32,000 bases of DNA from Candidatus Saccharimonadota bacterium (GCA_963705375.1 OY970071.1:750001-782000); one strand, 5' to 3'; counted from the first letter of the stretch, positions 1 to 8,724 are shown. A program made the numbers and translations. The notes: generated by a model not told the origin, from the sequence alone.

Positions 1-177
1 GGCTGATCAGTTTCTCTGCCGAAGAATAAGCCAATTCAAGAATCATGCTGTTTGGCAGTGACCACGCATCCAATTCACACATAGTCATCCACGTAAAGCT
101 TTATAGTGTTTTTGTGCAACGCACCGCACACGTCGTACGAAGCCAAATAATTCAAAATAGTACGTGCAGTTTAGATG

Positions 178-187
178 TTTATAAAAA
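178..187 (+). promoter_or_regulatory. TATA-box-like element upstream of the LUD-domain gene
   Basis: TTTATAAAAA at 178-187, about 50 nt upstream of ATG 234. It lies inside the longer ORF 45..839, which argues against the long N-terminal extension. Confidence 0.35.
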
Positions 188-233
188 CCTACACGTTGGA
201 TATCTGAATGCTTCTGTTAGAAAAGATGATGTT

Positions 234-839
234 ATGGATTGGACAAAACTTGCAGATGATGCTGCTGTTAAGAAGGTCGCAGATGCCCTCACAAAGAGGG
301 GTATGAAAGTTCAGATTGTCAAAAACAAAAAAGAGGCAATGGAGCTTATTCTAAGCCTTATACCACACCATGCCGAATTAACATGCGCAAACTCTATAAC
401 TCTCGATCAGATGGGCATGAACGACGCCATTATGAATGGTGACTTTGTTTCGCTTAAAGAAATGCTGACTATGGATGGCAAGGCATATGCTCGTAATGAT
501 GCGTGGAGGAAAGCAGTGACTCCCCAATATGGAGTGGGAAGCGTACACGCCATAACAGAGAACGGGGAGATTGTGGTTGCATCTTCAAGCGGAAGCCAGT
601 TGTCCTTCTACGCGTATACTGCAGAGAAACTGATATTGGTTGTTGGGGCTCAGAAAATAGTCAAGGATCTTAATCAGGCCCTGGACAGGATATATCAGTA
701 CACTCTGCCACTGGTGACCGAACAGGAAGCGAAGATGGGGCTTATCGGTACAGACGTGAACAAGATTCTCATCGTAGAGCGAGAACACATACCAGACAGA
801 ACGACGATAGTGCTGGTCAGAGAAAGGCTAGGTTTCTAG
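234..839 (+). CDS. LUD-domain protein (LutC/YkgG-like, DUF162 family)
   Basis: ORF 45..839. Family-like sequence begins at Met-64 of that ORF (ATG 234, MDWTKLADD...). GVGSVHAITENGEIVVASSSGSQLS...LILVVGAQKIV resembles the LUD/DUF162 core. TAG stop at 837-839. Confidence 0.7.
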   Translation: MDWTKLADDAAVKKVADALTKRGMKVQIVKNKKEAMELILSLIPHHAELTCANSITLDQMGMNDAIMNGDFVSLKEMLTMDGKAYARNDAWRKAVTPQYGVGSVHAITENGEIVVASSSGSQLSFYAYTAEKLILVVGAQKIVKDLNQALDRIYQYTLPLVTEQEAKMGLIGTDVNKILIVEREHIPDRTTIVLVRERLGF

Positions 840-911
840 AAGTGCCTATCTGTGTTGAACCTTCAAAGTATTAAAACACATTAATAGGGCCTTTTAAGCC
901 AACAAATTAAT

Positions 912-998
912 TGCGCCAGCCGGGATTTGGACCCGGATCGCTAGCTGTTTCCAATATTATGGGAAGCTAGTATCTTAACCAGGTTGGATCACTGGCGC
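912..998 (-). tRNA. tRNA-Gly(CCC) with a 13-nt intron at canonical position 37/38
   Basis: Hand-folded from the reverse complement: acceptor GCGCCAG/CTGGCGC, discriminator A. D-arm ATCC-AACCTGGTTA-AGAT, anticodon stem CTAGC/GCTAG. After intron removal the loop is TTCCCAA (anticodon CCC). T-arm CCGGG-TCCAAAT-CCCGG. No encoded CCA. G1-C72, C2-G71, G3-C70 fit Gly identity. Confidence 0.8.
947..959 (-). other. tRNA-Gly intron (13 nt, relaxed BHB)
   Basis: Sense strand CTAGC-TTCC-CAT-AATATT-GGAA-ACA-GCTAG. The 4-bp helix TTCC/GGAA lies between the 3' bulge ACA (next to the anticodon stem) and a loop holding the 5' site. Cutting after the 2nd bulge nucleotide removes TAATATTGGAAAC. Confidence 0.7.
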
Positions 999-1160
999 AT
1001 CAAGAGCGATATACTTTTCAGCACTAACATATTTAATCGTGCCAGGGTTTGGCGCATGCACGATGTAGGGGCTATGGGCTAGATCTATAGTGGATGTGTC
1101 TGATCCTGCCTGACATACTTTTTTATTTTAGTGTTCCGCATTATTCCAAAGGTAATTTGT

Positions 1161-1685
1161 ATGGGGCTGTTTGGAATCGGAGACGGAAAGATGGAGATGC
1201 AGATTGCTAATGTAAATGTGGCGCCAGGTGAAACCGTGGAAGGCGCTGCCACACTGACCTTAAACAAGGACGTCAAGGGCAAAGAAGTCCTTGCAACACT
1301 ATTTGCAGAAAGGACTGAAATACGCTACTATAATGGAAAGCGTAATAGTAGCCGCGTTAGAATGTATGCAAAGTCCGAAACGCTCGATACCGAAAAACTC
1401 TATACAAAACAAGACAGTCCGTATCAGTACAAATTCAGTTTTGTTATTCCTTTGCTTCAGACTCCTCAGACTAGTGCGGCCCCCTCGGGAGCACTTGGTG
1501 CTGCCCTTGAGGTTGTGGGAGTGCTGAATACGATTAGTGGGAATAGTGTGGAATATAGTCCCGCGTGTTGGTATGTTATGGTAGAACTAAAGCACGAAGC
1601 CATGCTAACTTTTTCTATCTCAAAGATGACAGAGATAAACGTGGCTGCACCACCACAACCTGGTGGTGGGGCAATTACAAACTAA
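1161..1685 (+). CDS. hypothetical protein, possibly SpoOM/arrestin-like fold
   Basis: ORF 1131..1685. ATG 1161 (MGLFGIGDGKMEMQIANVNVAPGETVEGAATLTL...) recalls the SpoOM-type N-terminus (G-I-G, then PGE-V-G). A T-rich TATA-like run lies at about 1117-1129. The stop is 9 nt before lipA. The functional call is weak. Confidence 0.55.
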   Translation: MGLFGIGDGKMEMQIANVNVAPGETVEGAATLTLNKDVKGKEVLATLFAERTEIRYYNGKRNSSRVRMYAKSETLDTEKLYTKQDSPYQYKFSFVIPLLQTPQTSAAPSGALGAALEVVGVLNTISGNSVEYSPACWYVMVELKHEAMLTFSISKMTEINVAAPPQPGGGAITN

Positions 1686-1694
1686 AGTGACTAA

Positions 1695-2570
1695 ATGGTC
1701 AAGCCAGAATGGCTCACAATACGGCCAGCTTCTACAAAAGAGTATCAAAACATCAAGGATTCTATTGCTGTGTTCGGACTGAACACAGTGTGCGTTGAGG
1801 CCCACTGCCCCAACATGTCTGAGTGTTGGAGTGCAGGCACTGCGACGGTCATGGTTCTTGGAGATGTGTGCACAAGGGGGTGCAAATTCTGCGCAGTTAA
1901 AAAGGGTGCGAAAGGTGAACTCTTAGATTCAGCAGAACCGATCAAACTTGCAAATGCGATACGTGGTTGGCATCTCAAGTATGCAGTGATAACTTCTGTG
2001 TGCAGGGACGACTTGGAAGATCAGGGTGCTGGGCATTTCGCGGCGTGCATACGCGAAATAAAAAGATTAAACCCTAAGGTCATGGTCGAGGTTCTAATTC
2101 CTGATTTTCACGGCGACATAAACTGCATCAAAGCCATTGTTGACGTAAAACCTGACGTTATAGGTCACAATATCGAGACCGTTGCAAGAATATCCCCTAC
2201 AATACGAGACCGCCGTGCTTCCTATCTGCTGTCGTTGGATGTGCTTCGGACTGTTAAAAAACTGGATAGTGATATGTTCACAAAATCTGCAATGATGCTG
2301 GGCCTTGGCGAGACCGACGCCGAAGTTGTTCAAAGTATGAAGGATCTCCGTATTGCAAATGTGGATTTTCTTGCACTAGGCCAGTACCTGCGGCCTTCTG
2401 TCAATCACGTCGAAGTAAAGGAGTATGTTGCGCCTAAAAATTTTGACGCTCTTCAGAAGGTTGCAAAAAAGCTTGGGTTTCTGTATGTCGCATCGGGGCC
2501 TTTTGTTAGAAGTTCATACAAGGCGCAGGAAGCATTTATCAAAGCCATGATTGGTCTCAAGAAGCGCTAA
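1695..2570 (+). CDS. lipA: lipoyl synthase (radical SAM)
   Basis: 291 aa. Both LipA cysteine clusters are present: CPNMSECW and CTRGCKFCAV. Full-length family-like sequence. Confidence 0.95.
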   Translation: MVKPEWLTIRPASTKEYQNIKDSIAVFGLNTVCVEAHCPNMSECWSAGTATVMVLGDVCTRGCKFCAVKKGAKGELLDSAEPIKLANAIRGWHLKYAVITSVCRDDLEDQGAGHFAACIREIKRLNPKVMVEVLIPDFHGDINCIKAIVDVKPDVIGHNIETVARISPTIRDRRASYLLSLDVLRTVKKLDSDMFTKSAMMLGLGETDAEVVQSMKDLRIANVDFLALGQYLRPSVNHVEVKEYVAPKNFDALQKVAKKLGFLYVASGPFVRSSYKAQEAFIKAMIGLKKR

Positions 2571-3313
2571 CGCATGAAGTTCCATACATCTGTCTTGTAC
2601 TCGTTTTGCGCAAGGTCCTCAATCCTTCTAACTTCTTCAGGGCTAAAAGTTTCGATTTCGTAGTCTTTTCCTTCGGTGAAACTCTTCAATAGCTCTTTGT
2701 ACACGTTCTCTCTTGTTATATTTTTATGTTCAAGAACGCAGGTAACCCTCTCCCGTGCGCTATTTATCATCTTATCTGAGATCTTCTCCTGGCTTACTTT
2801 CAACACAGAGAACATTTTTTCAAAATTCAGACTGTAAAGTATTGTTCCGTGTTGCAACAATATCCCTCTGCTTCTCGACTGAGCATTTCCGGATATTTTC
2901 CTGCCCTCAACTTCTATATCATTTATCGGAGCAAACTGCGCATCTATTCCAAGTGCGGAAAGTGCCTTTATGATCCACCCACAGATGACTTCATAGCTCT
3001 CTATGATGTTCTTCGGAAAGAGCGTTTCAGGTGCGATTACGCTGTAAGTCAGCTCTCCCTTCTCATCATGGTACACTGCACCGCCGCCTGTTTTTCTCCT
3101 AACATAGTCCACTCCAGACTTCTTACATTCCTCAACATCTATTTCGTCTAGCATCGACTGGAAGTGGCCTATCGACACTGCGCCTGGCTTCCAGGTGTAG
3201 AACCGCATGGTGGGCATGGCCCTTTTCTCCACTATCTCTTTGCTGATTACTTCATCAGCAGCCATGTTGAAATAGGCATCATGCTCTTCCAATCCTATAA
3301 CACGCCATATCAT
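2567..3313 (-). CDS. lplA: lipoate-protein ligase A, catalytic (N-terminal) domain protein
   Basis: ORF 2567..3382. Likely start is Met-24 (ATG 3313, MIWRVIGLEEHDAYFNMAADE...). Contains LplA/LipB-type motifs (RRKTGGGAVYHD, GRKISGNAQ). Its ATG overlaps the upstream gene's stop as ATGA. Its TAG stop overlaps the lipA TAA on the opposite strand (2567-2570). Confidence 0.9.
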   Translation of the reverse strand: MIWRVIGLEEHDAYFNMAADEVISKEIVEKRAMPTMRFYTWKPGAVSIGHFQSMLDEIDVEECKKSGVDYVRRKTGGGAVYHDEKGELTYSVIAPETLFPKNIIESYEVICGWIIKALSALGIDAQFAPINDIEVEGRKISGNAQSRSRGILLQHGTILYSLNFEKMFSVLKVSQEKISDKMINSARERVTCVLEHKNITRENVYKELLKSFTEGKDYEIETFSPEEVRRIEDLAQNEYKTDVWNFMR

Positions 3314-3621
3314 TTTATTGCCATTTTTATGGTCTGAGCTATTGCATCCGGGGTTATTCCGATGAACTCTATATTGTTGCATTTCGCTACGTTGTGTATC
3401 TTCTCTGAAAATGTACCAGCATCTTCGTTTACATACATTCCTACAACCGAGGTCTCTATCTTAGGAAGTGCATCTTCAGGAAATATGAAGAAGTCGCCGA
3501 CTATCTGAAGTTCAGATATCTTATCATCATATTTGAGCTTCACAACCAGCAGTTTGCCTCCGGGCACCTTCTGCTTCGCAACACCGTCCTTCAACATCGC
3601 ATCATCCTTTTCTCTTGCCAT
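3310..3621 (-). CDS. lplB: lipoate-protein ligase accessory (C-terminal-domain) protein, LplB-like
   Basis: 103 aa, immediately upstream of and translationally coupled to lplA (ATGA at 3310-3313). Size and position match the separately encoded LplA C-terminal domain known from Thermoplasma. An alternative start is Met-9 (3597). Confidence 0.7.
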   Translation of the reverse strand: MAREKDDAMLKDGVAKQKVPGGKLLVVKLKYDDKISELQIVGDFFIFPEDALPKIETSVVGMYVNEDAGTFSEKIHNVAKCNNIEFIGITPDAIAQTIKMAIK

Positions 3622-4180
3622 GACTTTCCAAGAATTCCAACAGCTTGTTTATAGCAATACGCCTGTGGCTGATCAAGTTCTTCTCTTTAGAATCCATCTC
3701 CCCAAAAGTCTTACTGTGTCCTTTTGGTATAAAAATAACATCCCACCCAAATCCGTTCGTGCCTTTTGGATGCACGACTTTTCCAAACACACGTCCTTCG
3801 AAGAAGTGCACGCCGTCTTTAGCGCCAGCGTAGCCTATTGTGCATCTCGCCTCGGCAGAATACTCTCCAAAACTGTCTGCTATATGGTAAATGCCCTCTG
3901 GGCCTATTGCCTTCAGGAACCACTTCACCAACGGGCCTGGCATGCCATTCATACATCTTAAGTGAAAAGAAGTATCCTCTACTGCAACATCTCCTTTTCT
4001 GTGTTTCATACCTTCGACAAGTTTTTCACGTATTATCTTTTTGGAATCCAGGTCCTGTATCTCCGGCAGCTCCAGATCCAACTGCCTGACGTCTATGTCT
4101 TTCAGGATGGCTTTAAATTCTGAAAACTTGTCCTTGTTGCCTGTTATCAGATATAGCATGGTATCACTCGGCAGATTCAT
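3602..4180 (-). CDS. rdgB: non-canonical purine NTP pyrophosphatase (RdgB/HAM1/ITPase family)
   Basis: 192 aa. MLYLITGNKDKFSEF...GFGWDVIFIPKGHSKTFGEM...ISHRRIA is typical of HAM1/RdgB. An alternative start is Met-8 (4159). The 3' end overlaps the lplB start by 20 nt. Confidence 0.85.
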   Translation of the reverse strand: MNLPSDTMLYLITGNKDKFSEFKAILKDIDVRQLDLELPEIQDLDSKKIIREKLVEGMKHRKGDVAVEDTSFHLRCMNGMPGPLVKWFLKAIGPEGIYHIADSFGEYSAEARCTIGYAGAKDGVHFFEGRVFGKVVHPKGTNGFGWDVIFIPKGHSKTFGEMDSKEKNLISHRRIAINKLLEFLESHGKRKG

Positions 4181-4312
4181 ACACGATGGTTGTATTATTT
4201 ACGTGATCTAGTTTTTATGATTTTTACTAAATAACTGTATCTGTTCTCCTGAATCACTCTTAAACGGAACCCTTGTTCCGCACATAGATCAGAAAGAAAA
4301 TTTATGTTGAAA

Positions 4313-4888
4313 TTAATCCAGCCAAATTTTGCACCAACCTGTTTTTTCCATACAGGTCTTTAGCTCTCTGTAGAAGTATTTGGTATTCTTTAGTGAATTG
4401 TTTAGTTTTGCAGAGATAGCTAAGATCTGCCCGCCATCTTTAAGCAATCTTGAAAGAATTTTTAATAATTGTCTTGTTTTATTTACCGAACCGCCCATGC
4501 CCATGTTGTTCTCGAGAAACGTGATTGTATCAAACTTGTTTTTCGAGTGAAATTTAAAAATGTCTGCAACGAAGCAATTATCACATCCCTTCATTCTGGC
4601 AACGTCTATCACATTTTTGGATATATCTATGCCTTGAACATTGCCTTTTTCTGATAGTGCCGTGATGTAATTTCCAGTACCACATCCAACATCTAAAATA
4701 TTTCCACGTGATAAGGAGGTCAATCTTTTTTCTAGTTTTGACAGGCGAGTGTGCTTTCTAAAATATCTATTCAATTTATGTTCATGTAGATTACCTTTCA
4801 TATCTCTGAAATAAAACCTACTTTTGTCTCCGTAAGCATACGCGCGCAGGGCTTCACCAAACAATTCCATTGCTTTTTTAGGCGCCAT
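4313..4888 (-). CDS. class I SAM-dependent methyltransferase
   Basis: ORF 4313..4909 starts with TTG; the first ATG is at 4888 (MAPKKAMELF...). Motif I is ILDVGCGTGNY. Substrate unknown. Confidence 0.8.
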   Translation of the reverse strand: MAPKKAMELFGEALRAYAYGDKSRFYFRDMKGNLHEHKLNRYFRKHTRLSKLEKRLTSLSRGNILDVGCGTGNYITALSEKGNVQGIDISKNVIDVARMKGCDNCFVADIFKFHSKNKFDTITFLENNMGMGGSVNKTRQLLKILSRLLKDGGQILAISAKLNNSLKNTKYFYRELKTCMEKTGWCKIWLD

Positions 4889-5195
4889 AGCGTCTTCACA
4901 CTCTACCAAATCTGTAAATCAGGTTCCATTACATTCATCAGCTTATTGTGCAAGGTATTTAACCTGCGTTGATGTATGTATCAAAGGTGATCTTACGAGG
5001 AGCATCAAATCAAAACTGAAAAGGTTTTTCAATAACTCAAAGGTTGACGCTCTTGTCCTTGTAAATACCACGACACCCGACCCGAATTTTGTCTACTTCA
5101 CCTGCTTTACAAGCGGACTGTGTGAAAACAATTTCCTGGTCGTAAAGAGAAATCATGCCAAACTTTTCACTACTGCGCTGGAGTATGATACTGTA

Positions 5196-6077
5196 ATGGC
5201 GCAAAAGCCAATGGGGGTGGAAGTGATAAAGACAGAAACCACGCAAGAGCTTATCGGCAAGCTGCGCAGAGAATTAAAAGGTAAAGCAGTTGGTCTGAAT
5301 TACGGCTTCCTACCAATCAAATATTATAACTTCCTTAAAAAGGAGGTCAAAATACTGAAGACTGTAGATGCTACAGCTTCTCTAACTGCTACAAGAGTGG
5401 TAAAGGATGCAGATGAGATCAAGACGATGTCAGAATGTGCAAGGATTGTCAGACATGCCCTGTCAAAGATAATGCAGTTTGCAAAGGAAGGCATGACCGA
5501 AAGGCAACTCGCGGCCATATTTAACGACATTATGATAAAACGTGGGGCACAAGCCCCGGCATTCAAGACCATAGTTTCATTTGGACGTAATTCCGCATTT
5601 CCCCACCATTTTCCAGATGACACCGTATTAAAGAAGAATGACATAGTCTTGATAGATGCAGGAGCAAAGTACATGAACTATCGTTCTGACATGACCAGGA
5701 CCTTCATATTCGAGCCAGACAGGAAGAGTGCTACTTACAAGCGCATCATAGCCCTGATTGATGTGGTAAAACTTGCTCAAAAGAACGCAATGGCTCTGAT
5801 GAAAGAAGGCACCGTTGGTAAAGAAGTGCATCTCTCTGCAGAAAAAACCATAAACGAGGCAAACGGCGGAATCTACAATCACAAGTTCATACATTCAATA
5901 AGTCATTCCATAGGTTTAGAGACTCATGACGGAGAAGTGCTCAATCGCAACTCTAAACTAGTACTGAAGAGTGGGATGGTTTTCAGCTGCGAGCCTGGAA
6001 TATACCTTCCCGGCTTTGGCGGAGTGAGGATAGAAGATGATGTTCTGATAACAGAAAAAGGCAACAGAATGCTCTAA
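5196..6077 (+). CDS. M24-family Xaa-Pro aminopeptidase/prolidase-like peptidase (minimal ORF; see finding on the start-less N-terminal domain)
   Basis: Pita-bread catalytic motifs are present: [46 protein letters not shown]. The frame stays open upstream. Positions 4980-5195 encode a recognisable creatinase/prolidase N-domain (SKVDALVLVN...NFVYFTCF...LVVKRNHAKLFTTALEYD), but no in-frame ATG, GTG or TTG precedes 5196. Confidence 0.8.
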   Translation: MAQKPMGVEVIKTETTQELIGKLRRELKGKAVGLNYGFLPIKYYNFLKKEVKILKTVDATASLTATRVVKDADEIKTMSECARIVRHALSKIMQFAKEGMTERQLAAIFNDIMIKRGAQAPAFKTIVSFGRNSAFPHHFPDDTVLKKNDIVLIDAGAKYMNYRSDMTRTFIFEPDRKSATYKRIIALIDVVKLAQKNAMALMKEGTVGKEVHLSAEKTINEANGGIYNHKFIHSISHSIGLETHDGEVLNRNSKLVLKSGMVFSCEPGIYLPGFGGVRIEDDVLITEKGNRML

Positions 6078-6125
6078 GAGCAACACTTATGAAACTTTTC
6101 AAGCATGCTTATTTAGGTAGCTTAT

Positions 6126-6671
6126 ATGGCCAATAAGATGAAGATACTAGCCTTTGGTGCAAGCCTCAGAAAAGGATCGTACAGCAAGATTGTACAAGGT
6201 TCTCTTGCCGCTCTGGCTCCTGAAAATGCTGTTGTCTCTGAATTCAACCTGGAAGGAATACCTATTTTCAACCAAGACCTCGAAAGCAGCCTGCCGCCCA
6301 GAGTAAAGGCGTTCAAGGCTGCAATAGATGGTGCCGATGCGATTGTAATCGTCACACCAGAATACAACTATTCTGTGCCTGGATATCTGAAGAATGCGAT
6401 AGACTGGGCAACGCGGCCGTACGGCAGCAATTCATTCGAGGGCAAGCCCGCTGCAATAATAAGTACCTCTCCTGGGATGCTTGGAGGTTCAAGGGCAAAT
6501 TACCATCTCAGGCAGTCTTTCGTATTCATGAATGTGCATGCTCTCAATAAACCCGAAGCGATTATATCACAGGTTGACCAGAAGATAAAAGACAATGCGG
6601 TTTCGGACGAAAAAACCAAAGACACGCTGAAAAAGCTGCTTCAGAGCCTTGCATCACTTATAAGTGAGTAG
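6126..6671 (+). CDS. NAD(P)H-dependent FMN reductase family protein (YieF/ChrR-like)
   Basis: 181 aa. KILAFGASLRKGSYS...ADAIVIVTPEYNYSVPGYLKNAIDWATRP is characteristic of the FMN_red family. Confidence 0.85.
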   Translation: MANKMKILAFGASLRKGSYSKIVQGSLAALAPENAVVSEFNLEGIPIFNQDLESSLPPRVKAFKAAIDGADAIVIVTPEYNYSVPGYLKNAIDWATRPYGSNSFEGKPAAIISTSPGMLGGSRANYHLRQSFVFMNVHALNKPEAIISQVDQKIKDNAVSDEKTKDTLKKLLQSLASLISE

Positions 6672-6771
6672 TTTCGACCGGAAACTAAACTCATACTCTT
6701 GTCCCGTCAATTGTCTTGAGCATCCGGAAGTGCTATAGCTTTAGAACTCACAAATATTGTGGTGTGAGTGT

Positions 6772-7128
6772 ATGGTTGGTAAAAACATAGATAAAGTTTC
6801 AAAGGATCTTATAGCGGCGCAGGTTGATCTGCGCGGCGGAGTGCCAGAGCTTGAATTGCTGAGACGGGCTGATTTGACAGACGCAGCTAGGCAGGCGGCG
6901 CAAATTGCGGCACAATATGTGGTTGAAGGTTCAGATGCGTTCAAGAATGCGGCAGGTACTTATAGGAATGTTGCAGATGCGCTGAAAGATGCGAACGATA
7001 TTGAAGGTGCAAACTCCGCGTTAAAAACTGCAACAGACATCGAAAATGCCATGACGATACTTAGTGTTATAGTCAAGCCTCCAAAAATAGGAGAAGAAGA
7101 CGCCAGTGGAAACGTTAATGAAACCTGA
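6772..7128 (+). CDS. hypothetical protein (Ala-rich, predicted all-helical)
   Basis: ORF 6757..7128 starts with TTG; the first ATG is at 6772. I recognise no family. A 66-aa shadow ORF lies on the opposite strand. Confidence 0.45.
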   Translation: MVGKNIDKVSKDLIAAQVDLRGGVPELELLRRADLTDAARQAAQIAAQYVVEGSDAFKNAAGTYRNVADALKDANDIEGANSALKTATDIENAMTILSVIVKPPKIGEEDASGNVNET

Positions 7129-7156
7129 TCTCCTGGTGCGTAAGCAGCTAGCTTTA

Positions 7157-7552
7157 TCACAACGGCTCGAACTTGTACTGATAATGTATGAGGTCTTCCT
7201 TAGCCTCAGTACGCATCCTCCTGAAAACCGTCTTAACCTTCCCTCCGATCTTCACTTCCACTTTGGTGTCTAGTATGTGCCCTTCGACCATCGGACCCTC
7301 ATCAAGCTTTATGAGCCCTATTATGTACGGTGCATCCTCTTCAAAAGCTTCAGGTGGCACCATTACCTTAGTAAACGAGTATATCGTGCCATTTCCGCTG
7401 AATTGCTTTTCTACGAGCTTCGATTTTCTTCCACAGTTCTTGCAAACGACTCTTGGAGGGAAATAGTTAGTGCTGCAGTTTGTGCAGCTGTTCCCGCCCA
7501 AGTTGTACCTTGAGTTTATCTTTCTCCATATGCTCGCTGGTGCAGTATCCAT
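7157..7552 (-). CDS. DUF35 OB-fold/zinc-ribbon protein (scaffold of the archaeal thiolase/HMG-CoA synthase complex)
   Basis: ORF 7157..7609. Likely start is Met-20 (ATG 7552), 1 nt after the thiolase TGA. Zinc ribbon CTNCSTNYFPPRVVCKNCG is followed by an OB-fold-like segment. It holds the conserved third position after HMGCS and thiolase. Confidence 0.85.
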   Translation of the reverse strand: MDTAPASIWRKINSRYNLGGNSCTNCSTNYFPPRVVCKNCGRKSKLVEKQFSGNGTIYSFTKVMVPPEAFEEDAPYIIGLIKLDEGPMVEGHILDTKVEVKIGGKVKTVFRRMRTEAKEDLIHYQYKFEPL

Positions 7553-7553
7553 T

Positions 7554-8717
7554 TCAATCGCCTCTCTTGAATATGTGTACGACGGCAGTGGCTCCGCTTC
7601 CACCAACATTATGAGTCATCCCTATGTCTGCCCCGTCGACTTGCCTGTTTTTGGCATCTCCTCTTAGCTGCCACGTTATCTCGACTGCTTGTTTGACTCC
7701 AGTAGCACCTACCGGGTGCCCGCATCCTTTCAAACCTCCGCTGGTGTTCACTGACACCTTCCCATTGAGCGCAGTTTCGCCGTCCTCTATGGCCTTCGCA
7801 GCCTTGCCTTTCTGGTAGAACCCGAGATCCTCCATTGCAAGGATCTCTGCTATCGTGAAGCAGTCGTGAACTTCCAACACGTCTATATCGTTGGTGCTGA
7901 CTTTAGCCTGTTTGTAAGCGTTCTGTGCCGCAATCTTCGTTGCCTTAAGCTCTGTCACGCTGTCTCTGCCCGCAAGCCTTAGCGTGTCGCTTGCCTGCGC
8001 GCTTGCAACTATCTTGATAGGTGTGTCGTTGTACTTCTTTGCAATCTCCAAAGGTGCCAGCACGATAACGGCCGCACCGTCCGATATCGGAGAACAGTCG
8101 AGTAGCTTCAGCGGATCTGCGATTAGCTTCGACTTCATGACGTCCTCAATGGTGATCTTGTTCTTGAACTGCGCGAACTCGTTTTTGCTCGCGTTCTCGT
8201 GGTTTTTCACAGCAACACTGGCAAGCTGCTCCTCTGTGGTTCCGTATTCGTACATGTGCCTTTTTGCAATGAGTGCATACAGTCCAGGGAATGTTATGCC
8301 CTGTGAAAGCTCCCACTCCTGGTCACCTGCCCCTCCAAGTGCGGTCGTGGCTGCCGAGGCAGTTATGTCTGTCATCTTTTCGACTCCACCTACAACCACG
8401 ATGTCGTGTATCCCGCTAGCGACTGTGATGTAGCCAAGCCTGAGGGCACTGCCTCCGCTGGCGCACGCGTTCTCCACTCTAACTGCTGGTATGTTGTGGA
8501 AACCAAGCTGGTCTGCTATCATGGCTGCGGTGTGCTCCTGGCCTGTGAAGCTTCCAGGGGCCATCGTGCCACCGAAGAGCATCTCAATGTCTTTGCTTGA
8601 GATGTTTGCGTCCTCAAGCGCAGCCAGTCCTGCCTCTTCCATAAGCTGCCGCATCCCAAGGTTCCATCTCTCTCCGAACTTGGTCAAACCGACTCCTATT
8701 ATTGCAACATCTCTCAT
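7554..8717 (-). CDS. acetyl-CoA acetyltransferase (archaeal thiolase)
   Basis: ORF 7554..8720 begins with TTG; ATG at 8717 gives MRDVAIIGVGLTKFGE. Thiolase motifs are present: VENACASGG, and the C-terminal GLKGCGHPVGATG...NVGGSG. Confidence 0.95.
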   Translation of the reverse strand: MRDVAIIGVGLTKFGERWNLGMRQLMEEAGLAALEDANISSKDIEMLFGGTMAPGSFTGQEHTAAMIADQLGFHNIPAVRVENACASGGSALRLGYITVASGIHDIVVVGGVEKMTDITASAATTALGGAGDQEWELSQGITFPGLYALIAKRHMYEYGTTEEQLASVAVKNHENASKNEFAQFKNKITIEDVMKSKLIADPLKLLDCSPISDGAAVIVLAPLEIAKKYNDTPIKIVASAQASDTLRLAGRDSVTELKATKIAAQNAYKQAKVSTNDIDVLEVHDCFTIAEILAMEDLGFYQKGKAAKAIEDGETALNGKVSVNTSGGLKGCGHPVGATGVKQAVEITWQLRGDAKNRQVDGADIGMTHNVGGSGATAVVHIFKRGD

Positions 8718-8724
8718 CAAAACA

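Noticed and set aside
1-88. Possible 5' end of a divergently transcribed minus-strand gene (ATG at 88 or 82, MTMCELDAWSLPNSMILELAYSSAEKLIS..., open to the window edge)
   Set aside because: Only 29 codons are visible and there is no recognisable motif. An open frame of this length is expected by chance fairly often, so it cannot be supported as a feature.
45-233. Long N-terminal extension of the LUD-domain ORF (starting at ATG 45)
   Set aside because: The extension has no family resemblance and contains the TATA-like element at 178-187. Homology begins at Met 234.
4889-4941. C/D-box sRNA-like pattern on the minus strand (TGATGA, 12 nt, CTGA)
   Set aside because: No C' box and no terminal D box or closing stem follow. 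The purine before TGATGA is missing, and the region is the 5' leader/promoter of the methyltransferase gene. Other TGATGA/TCATCA occurrences in the window all lie inside coding regions.
4986-4993. A miniature BHB-like fold at the aminopeptidase 5' end: TGT/ACG outer pairs, 3' bulge CTT, 4-bp helix ATCA/TGAT, loop AAGG. Its 8-nt excision would put ATG 4972 in frame (MYVSN-TRSIKS...).
   Set aside because: An 8-nt intron with a 4-nt loop is shorter than any archaeal intron I know. The outer helix is only 2 bp plus a wobble, and one in three arbitrary deletions would fix the frame. It is mentioned only because a genuine-looking BHB intron exists elsewhere in the window.
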